A stretch of DNA of 64,000 nt from Candidatus Eiseniibacteriota bacterium (GTDB lineage Bacteria; Eisenbacteria; RBG-16-71-46; CAZAMP01), in NCBI GenBank assembly GCA_965224245.1, contig OZ245046.1:2464001-2528000 (forward strand), read 5' to 3'. Below the pieces are notes generated by a model. It was not told the origin of the DNA. It saw only the letters and a list, made by a program, of their open reading frames with translations, and did no database searches. Position 1 is the stretch's first letter; each line of letters begins with the position of its first letter. A program made the position numbers and the translations under genes. Positions 58,200 to 64,000 of the stretch are shown here, piece by piece.

Positions 58200-58874
58200 A
58201 TGTCATCGCAACGTGATACGCCTGTGGGCCCACCGCCTGCAGGGCTCGACGCCGGCGCCGCCACGCTCGACGACTCCGTCGAGACGCGCGCGGCGAAGCT
58301 GTGCCTGACGCGCGCAACCAGCCCGCGCTGGGCGCCGATCGCGGTGGCGTCGCTGTCGGACACCATGCTCGACCACGCATGGTGCGAGAAGAAGGCCGCG
58401 GCCACGGCGATGTCTCTCGTGAGTCGATACCCCGAGGACCCGGATCTGGTTCGGGCCATGATCGCGCTGGCCCACGAGGAGTGGCAGCACTTCGAACGCG
58501 TGTTCTCGGTGCTGGACGCACGGGGCATCAGGTTCACGCGCGAGGAGCGCGATCCCTACGTGAACGAGCTGGTCTCGCTCTCTCGCGCCACCGAGCCCCA
58601 CCGGTACCTGGATCGGATGCTCATCGCGGCGTTCATCGAGGCCCGGTCCTGCGAGCGATTCGGGCTCCTGGCCGAGGCGCTTCCACCGGAGGAGGCCGAG
58701 CTGGCCGAGTTCTATCGCGAGCTCTTCGTTTCCGAGGCGCGCCACTACACGCTGTTCGTCGAGCTCGCGGCCCGCCGCGCCGACCGCGAGACGGTGCGCG
58801 CGCGCGTGGCCGAGCTGTCGGCACACGAGTCCGACATCATCGCGCGGCTGCCCCTGGCACCCAGGATGCACTGA
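58200..58874 (+). CDS. miaE: tRNA-(ms2io6A37) hydroxylase MiaE
   Basis: DHAWCEKKAA, EEWQHF, IEARSCERF and SEARHY di-iron motifs. Confidence 0.93.
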   Translation: MSSQRDTPVGPPPAGLDAGAATLDDSVETRAAKLCLTRATSPRWAPIAVASLSDTMLDHAWCEKKAAATAMSLVSRYPEDPDLVRAMIALAHEEWQHFERVFSVLDARGIRFTREERDPYVNELVSLSRATEPHRYLDRMLIAAFIEARSCERFGLLAEALPPEEAELAEFYRELFVSEARHYTLFVELAARRADRETVRARVAELSAHESDIIARLPLAPRMH

Positions 58875-58900
58875 CCGATGCGGTCCCGGACGACCGGCGC

Positions 58901-59770
58901 GTGAACGTCGGCGCCCACATGTCGATCGCGGGTGGCCTCCACCGCGCGATCGAGCGCGCCGAGTCCGAGGGCGCGACCGCGCTCCAGATCTTCGTCCGCA
59001 ATCAGCGCCAGTGGGACGCCAAGCCCATGGCGGACGACGACCGGGACCGGTTCCGCGAGGCGCGCCTGGCGAGCGGCCTCTCGGGCGTGATCGCACACGC
59101 GAGCTACCTCCCCAATCTGGCCTCGCCGGACGACGCGCTGTGGGAACGATCCATCTCGGCGATCACCGACGAGCTGGGACGAGCGGACGCGCTCGGGCTG
59201 GACGCGCTGGTGCTCCATCCCGGCGCCCACATGGGGTCGGGCGTCGACGCCGGGCTGACGCGGATCAGCCGCGCGGTACGGCGGATCCTGGATGCGCATC
59301 CGCGAGCCCGATGTCGCCTCCTGTTCGAGACGACCGCCGGCGCCGGCACGCAGATCGGCTCACGGTTCGACGAGCTCGCGCGCCTGATGGCGACGTCGGG
59401 GCCGCTCGATCGGCTGGGCGTGTGTCTGGACACCTGTCACGTCTACGCCGCGGGTCACGACATCGGGAGCGCCGCGGGCTACCGGCGCGTGCGCCGCGAG
59501 CTCGACGCGATCGTGGGGCTCGTGCACCTCCACGCCGTCCACGTGAACGACTCCGAGGGCGCCCTGGGGTCGCACCTGGATCGTCATGCCCACATCGGGC
59601 GCGGAGAGATCGGGGACGCGGGGTTCGGAGCCCTGATGCGAGACCCCCGCCTGGCAGCGGTGCCGAAGATCCTGGAGACGCCCAAGGGCAGGACCCGCGG
59701 GCGGACCTGGGATGCGGTGAACCTGGCGCGCCTGCGGCGGCTCGCGCGCCCGAAGGGCCACCGTCGGTGA
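58901..59770 (+). CDS. nfo: Endonuclease IV
   Basis: GAHMSIAGG, QIF, HASYL.NL, HPG, ETTAG, CLDTCH, HVNDS, DRHAHIG and ILETP motifs. Confidence 0.96.
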   Translation: MNVGAHMSIAGGLHRAIERAESEGATALQIFVRNQRQWDAKPMADDDRDRFREARLASGLSGVIAHASYLPNLASPDDALWERSISAITDELGRADALGLDALVLHPGAHMGSGVDAGLTRISRAVRRILDAHPRARCRLLFETTAGAGTQIGSRFDELARLMATSGPLDRLGVCLDTCHVYAAGHDIGSAAGYRRVRRELDAIVGLVHLHAVHVNDSEGALGSHLDRHAHIGRGEIGDAGFGALMRDPRLAAVPKILETPKGRTRGRTWDAVNLARLRRLARPKGHRR

Positions 59771-59801
59771 GGGGGCGACGCGGTCGGGCGGGGTCCGACG
59801 G

Positions 59802-60359
59802 TCAGGCGCGCGTGACGTACTTTCCGGTGCGGGTATCGACGCGGATGACGTCGCCCGGGTCGATGAAGTACGGGACGAGCACGGTCGCCCCGGTCTCGAC
59901 GGTGGCGGGCTTGCCGCTGCCCTGGGCGGTGTCGCCCTTGAACGCCGGCGGGCAGTCCTCCACGCGCAGATCCACCGTGGTCGGCAGCTCGACGGCGATC
60001 GGACGCCCCTCGTAGACCAGCACCATGGTCTCGATGTTCTCCTGGAGCCACTTCGACTGGTCGCCGAGCACCTCTTCGGTGATGGGGAGCTGATCGAACG
60101 TCTCGGTGTCCATGAAGTGGTACTCGCCGTCGGCGCTGTACAGGTACTGCATCTTCCGGTTCTGGCAGTCGGGCTTCTCGAACTTCTCGCCGGCACGGAA
60201 CGTGCGGTCGATGACCGAGCCGGTCAGGAGGTGACGGAGCTTGGTCTTGACGAACGCGCCGCCCTTGCCGGGCTTGACGTGCTGGAAGTCGATGATCTGA
60301 TGCGGCGCGCCCTCGACCTGAATGCGCAAGCCGTTCCGAAAGTCCGCAGTGTCGATCAT
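59802..60359 (-). CDS. efp: Elongation factor P
   Basis: QHVKPGKGGAFV, KGDTA and VDTRTGKYV motifs. Confidence 0.97.
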   Translation of the reverse strand: MIDTADFRNGLRIQVEGAPHQIIDFQHVKPGKGGAFVKTKLRHLLTGSVIDRTFRAGEKFEKPDCQNRKMQYLYSADGEYHFMDTETFDQLPITEEVLGDQSKWLQENIETMVLVYEGRPIAVELPTTVDLRVEDCPPAFKGDTAQGSGKPATVETGATVLVPYFIDPGDVIRVDTRTGKYVTRA

Positions 60360-60362
60360 GGC

Positions 60363-61217
60363 CTATTTGAGCCTCTTGAGAATGTTGTAGCCGACGTTGC
60401 TCTCGAAGATCTGGGAGACCTGACCGATCTCCAGCGATCGGGCGATGTCGCCGACCTCCTGGCCGTACGTGTACCGGTTGAACGTGCCGAGGTTGCCGCC
60501 CATGCCCTTGCGGGGGCCGTCGGTGTGCTTCCGCGCCAGGTGCTGGAACGAATCGGGGTGGGCCAGCGCCCGCCGATGCAGGTCGCCGATGAGCTGGATC
60601 GCCTCGAAGCGCGTGCGGTCGTTCTTGCCCGCCTCGCGGTGCGAGATCAGGATCAGCGCACAGATGTAGTTGTCGGCAACGTCACGCTTCAGGATGTGGA
60701 AGCCCGCGGGCGTCTCGACCACGCCGGTGACCTCGCCGATGTCGATCGAGAACACCGCGTTCTCGAACTCCTCGTTTCGCGTGCCCCGCGGGAACGGCGG
60801 CACGAAGCAGCTTCGATCCCGGTAGAGGCTCTCGGAGTGCTCGTCCAGGAGCGCCTCGAACGTGGCCTCGCCCGACTCGATCTTCCCATGGATCTCGTCG
60901 GCGAGAGCCCGGGCCTCGTCCCGGCTGCGCGTGATCGTGTCCCCGGCTCCGATCGCGCCGGCATACCGGATCAGGATCTCGCGGCAGGCCGCCTTGTCGG
61001 TGCTCTCCTCGCCGACGTCGTCCATCCCGCGCGTCGAGATCTCGCCCGGCGGCAGGAAGTCGACGCCGGGAGCGTCGGTTCCCGAATCCGCCGCATCACC
61101 CGTGGAATCACCACTTCCGCATCCCGGGCCCAGACCCGCGACCCCGATCACCACCGAAAGCACCGCGACGCGCAGCCCGCGACGCGACGATCCTCTCCGT
61201 CCAACGCTCGTCGACAT
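60363..61217 (-). CDS. Lipoprotein with two parvulin-type peptidyl-prolyl isomerase domains
   Basis: Lipobox-like GPGC; EFENAVF...VETPAGFHILK; GGNLGTF...ESNVGYNILK. Confidence 0.85.
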   Translation of the reverse strand: MSTSVGRRGSSRRGLRVAVLSVVIGVAGLGPGCGSGDSTGDAADSGTDAPGVDFLPPGEISTRGMDDVGEESTDKAACREILIRYAGAIGAGDTITRSRDEARALADEIHGKIESGEATFEALLDEHSESLYRDRSCFVPPFPRGTRNEEFENAVFSIDIGEVTGVVETPAGFHILKRDVADNYICALILISHREAGKNDRTRFEAIQLIGDLHRRALAHPDSFQHLARKHTDGPRKGMGGNLGTFNRYTYGQEVGDIARSLEIGQVSQIFESNVGYNILKRLK

Positions 61218-61329
61218 TCTCACTCCGAACGGACTCAAGTCCATGGCGAACTTCGTGTTGCCGCTCTCATCAGGACGCGGCATTATGCCAAAGTCGACCC
61301 GACGCAATCAACGACTCCGCGAGGTTCCG

Positions 61330-62157
61330 ATGCGCGTGGCCTGCCTCCAGACTCTCCCGATCTTCGGCGACGCAGAGGCGAACCTGAACGCGATCGAATC
61401 CGCGCTGGCAACGCACCGGCCGGCCGGGAACGCGGATGCGCCATCCGAACCGGATCTCGTTGTCTTACCGGAACTTGCAACGACAGGCTATCTGTTCGGC
61501 GGCCGTGACGAGGTGCGGACGCTGGCGGAGCCGGTCCCCGAGGGACCGTCCACGGCACGCCTGGCCGGCCTTGCCGCCCGGTACGGTGTCGCACTGGCCG
61601 CCGGGATCGCCGAGCGGGAGGGCGATCGGCTGTACAACAGCGCCATCCTGGTCACCCGCGACGGACTGGCCGGACACTACCGCAAGGTTCACCTCTTCGA
61701 TCGCGAGTTCGAGTGGTTCGATCCGGGCGACCTGGGCTTCGGCGTGTTCGACCTCGGCGACGTGCGCGTGGGGCTGATGGTGTGCTTCGACTGGTTCTAC
61801 CCCGAGTCGATGCGATCGCTGGCGCTCGGGGGCGCGGACGTGGTCGCCCATCCCGCCAATCTGGTGCTTCCATGGTGTCAGGAGTCGATGCCGGTTCGTT
61901 GCCTCGAGAACCACGTGTTCGCGGTCACGGCCAATCGCGTCGGGACCGAGACGCGCGCCGGCGGCTCGCTCACGTTCACCGGCGGCAGCCAGATCACGGG
62001 GCTCCGGGGCGAGGTGCTGGGGCGCGCCTCGACCACCTCGGCGGACTGGATCGAGGCCGACATCGTCCCCCAGCGAGCACGTGACCGGCGCATGCGGACG
62101 ATGACCGACGTGCTGTCGCTCCGGCGCCCCGACCAGTACGTGAGCGAGCGCGCGTGA
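61330..62157 (+). CDS. Carbon-nitrogen hydrolase (nitrilase family)
   Basis: Catalytic triad VLPEL, YRKVHLF and VCFDWFYPE. Confidence 0.94.
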   Translation: MRVACLQTLPIFGDAEANLNAIESALATHRPAGNADAPSEPDLVVLPELATTGYLFGGRDEVRTLAEPVPEGPSTARLAGLAARYGVALAAGIAEREGDRLYNSAILVTRDGLAGHYRKVHLFDREFEWFDPGDLGFGVFDLGDVRVGLMVCFDWFYPESMRSLALGGADVVAHPANLVLPWCQESMPVRCLENHVFAVTANRVGTETRAGGSLTFTGGSQITGLRGEVLGRASTTSADWIEADIVPQRARDRRMRTMTDVLSLRRPDQYVSERA

Positions 62158-62996
62158 GGTCGGGGTCGCACGCGGCCGCGAGAACGCGCCTCCGATGCTC
62201 CCCGGCCGTCGGGATCGGGCTGGGCGCGCTCGCGCTGTGCCTGACCGGGTGTACGGTCTCCCCACCGCCGGCCGACGACGCGCTGTCCCCGTATCCCGGC
62301 GGGATGAGCCGGCGCCAGTTCGGTGCGTACGCGCAGCTCGACCGTGTCATCCTGGACGACGGCGACTCGCGCTGGATCGTGACGCCGCGATCGGTCCTGG
62401 AGCTGAGCGCCGGACATCTGCGCTACGAGTTCGGCCCCGACGAGGGCATTCTCGGCTCGATTCAATCCGCGGCCCAGGACGGCGCCCGGATCTGGGTCGG
62501 CACCGAGCGCGCCATCCAGGTAATCGACAAGGATCTGCACTTCGTGCGCACCGTCGTGGACGAGGCCGGCCTCGAGTGCCGCTTCCTGGCCTCGCTGGAC
62601 CGGGTGCCGCGCTTCGACGACGACGTTCGCATCACCCCCGGTCGCGCGGTCGCGCTGACGGCCTACGGCGCGGGCGTCCTGGACGGCGCCACGCTGGCCT
62701 ACGCGAACTACCCCTTCGACGGGCTGGACCTGCGGCGCGTCACCGACGTGGTTCTCTTCGAGGACGCGATGTGGGTGGCCACGCGACAGGGCCTTCTCCG
62801 CTTCTCGCTGTCGTTCAACTCCTGGGACGACAGCTTCGCGAACAAGGCGCTGCACCGCGCCGCGGTCGTGCGGCTGGAGATCGTGCCCGAGGTCCAGGGG
62901 AACACCGTCGTCGGGTACTCGCTGTACGCACTGACGCCGAGGGGCGCGTTCGTGTACGAGTCCGCGTTCGATCGGTGGAACCGCGTCGGGCTCTAG
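62154..62996 (+). CDS. Hypothetical lipoprotein with propeller-like repeats
   Basis: Lipobox LTGC; IWVGTE and MWVATRQGLLRF repeats; GTGA overlap with the upstream stop. Confidence 0.7.
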   Translation: MRSGSHAAARTRLRCSPAVGIGLGALALCLTGCTVSPPPADDALSPYPGGMSRRQFGAYAQLDRVILDDGDSRWIVTPRSVLELSAGHLRYEFGPDEGILGSIQSAAQDGARIWVGTERAIQVIDKDLHFVRTVVDEAGLECRFLASLDRVPRFDDDVRITPGRAVALTAYGAGVLDGATLAYANYPFDGLDLRRVTDVVLFEDAMWVATRQGLLRFSLSFNSWDDSFANKALHRAAVVRLEIVPEVQGNTVVGYSLYALTPRGAFVYESAFDRWNRVGL

Positions 62997-63101
62997 CCCG
63001 GTGGGTCACCGACGGTCGCGGCGGCGGCGACGGCGCGGCCGGAGATGCACCGTGTGGGCAAGGACACCCACGTTGGTGGGCGATCGCGTGCGGGGGGCAC
63101 G

Positions 63102-63133
63102 AGAAACGCCCCGGGGCGCGGGCCCCGGGGCGT
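63102..63133 (-). terminator. Rho-independent terminator after the secretin gene
   Basis: 12-bp stem ACGCCCCGGGGC/GCCCCGGGGCGT with 4-nt loop, followed by a short T-rich tail (TTCT) on the minus strand. Confidence 0.7.
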
Positions 63134-63159
63134 CGAGATCTCGTGACCGGCGTGCGCGT

Positions 63160-64000
63160 CTACTCGACGATGCGCGGCGTCACGAAGATGATCAGCTCCC
63201 GCTTCGACTCCGTCGTCGAGGTCGACCGGAAGACGCCACCCACGATGGGCAGGCTGCCCAGCACGGGCACGCGGCGCTCGGTCTCGGTCTCGTTCTGGCG
63301 GATCATGCCACCGATCGCGACCGTCTCGCCGTCGCGCACCATCACCCGCGTGTCCGCCTCGGACGTGTTGATGATGATCCCCGACGCATCGGAGGCCTGG
63401 CTCGCCAGGTCGGACACCTGCGGATGCAGATCGAGCGTGATCGACGATCCCTGGTTGATGTACGGCGTGACGCGCAGCTCGATCCCGATCTTCTTCAGCT
63501 CGGTGATCGCGTTGCCGGCCTCGTCCTGCACCACCAGCGGGATCTCCTGACCCACCAGGATGCGAGCCTCGCGGTTGTTGACCGTCGAGATGCGCGGGTT
63601 CGAGATGATGTTGGCCTTGTTGGTCTGCTCGAGCGCCTGGAGCGTCAGGTTCAGGTCCACCCAGTCCTGGATGACCCCGAAGTTGATCGTGCCGACGCTG
63701 CGCGCGATGCCCGCGTCGACCGACGCGTTCGCGCTGGCCGACAGGGACGTCGAGTGCAGGTTCTCCGCACCCCACTGGATCCCCAGCTCGCGAGCGGCGC
63801 CCGCATCCATGTCGACGAGCTCGGCCACGATCTCGACCTGCGGCGTCCGGCTGTCCAGCTTTCGCACGAGACCGTCCACGGCCGGGAGCACGCTCGGGAT
63901 GTCGGTCACGATGATCGTGTTCGTGCGCTCATCGACCTCGAGCTTGCCGCGCGGGCTGAGCATCCCGGTCACCGACGCCACCAGCTCGGACGCGGTGGCG
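63160..64000 (-). CDS. pilQ: Type IV pilus secretin PilQ-like, C-terminal part (5' end outside window)
   Basis: VDERTNTIIV, QVEIVA, ISNPRISTVNN.EA.I.VG, GETVAIGG, VPVLGSLP and ELIIFVTPRIV motifs. Confidence 0.88.
   Translation of the reverse strand, partial: ATASELVASVTGMLSPRGKLEVDERTNTIIVTDIPSVLPAVDGLVRKLDSRTPQVEIVAELVDMDAGAARELGIQWGAENLHSTSLSASANASVDAGIARSVGTINFGVIQDWVDLNLTLQALEQTNKANIISNPRISTVNNREARILVGQEIPLVVQDEAGNAITELKKIGIELRVTPYINQGSSITLDLHPQVSDLASQASDASGIIINTSEADTRVMVRDGETVAIGGMIRQNETETERRVPVLGSLPIVGGVFRSTSTTESKRELIIFVTPRIVE

Overview
GC-rich bacterial window. Three secreted proteins carry FlgD-like C-terminal sorting domains, which suggests (inference only) an FCB-related lineage such as Eisenbacteria, Krumholzibacteriota or Latescibacterota. 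Main discovery: two exported proteins that the ORF track splits at in-frame TGA codons, each TGA followed at the expected distance by a bacterial SECIS-like hairpin. (1) 296-2071(+), 591 aa: signal peptide, a PQQ/BamB-like beta-propeller with Sec55, a U-A-G-U (UxxU) motif served by two overlapping hairpins, then a small Phe-terminated beta-barrel-like domain. A YHS-TlpA thioredoxin gene follows it. (2) 14300-12870(-), 476 aa: a secreted FlgD-tailed protein with a CxxU motif, followed by a second TlpA gene. Together they suggest an undescribed extracytoplasmic selenoprotein redox system. Also present: a complete sigma-54 promoter architecture (paired enhancer palindromes, IHF site, -24/-12) upstream of a response regulator and a histone H1-like gene; an ECF sigma/anti-sigma/caspase cassette; nhaR-nhaA-HPF with a duplicated ~60-bp hairpin element; an RcnR/CsoR-controlled His-rich Ni/Co RND efflux operon; an M4-like protease plus MBL hydrolase pair beside tRNA-Glu; and housekeeping genes (ABC-F, rarA, galE, exbBD, miaE, nfo, efp, pilQ). 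All calls come from reading motifs by eye; no database searches were run.
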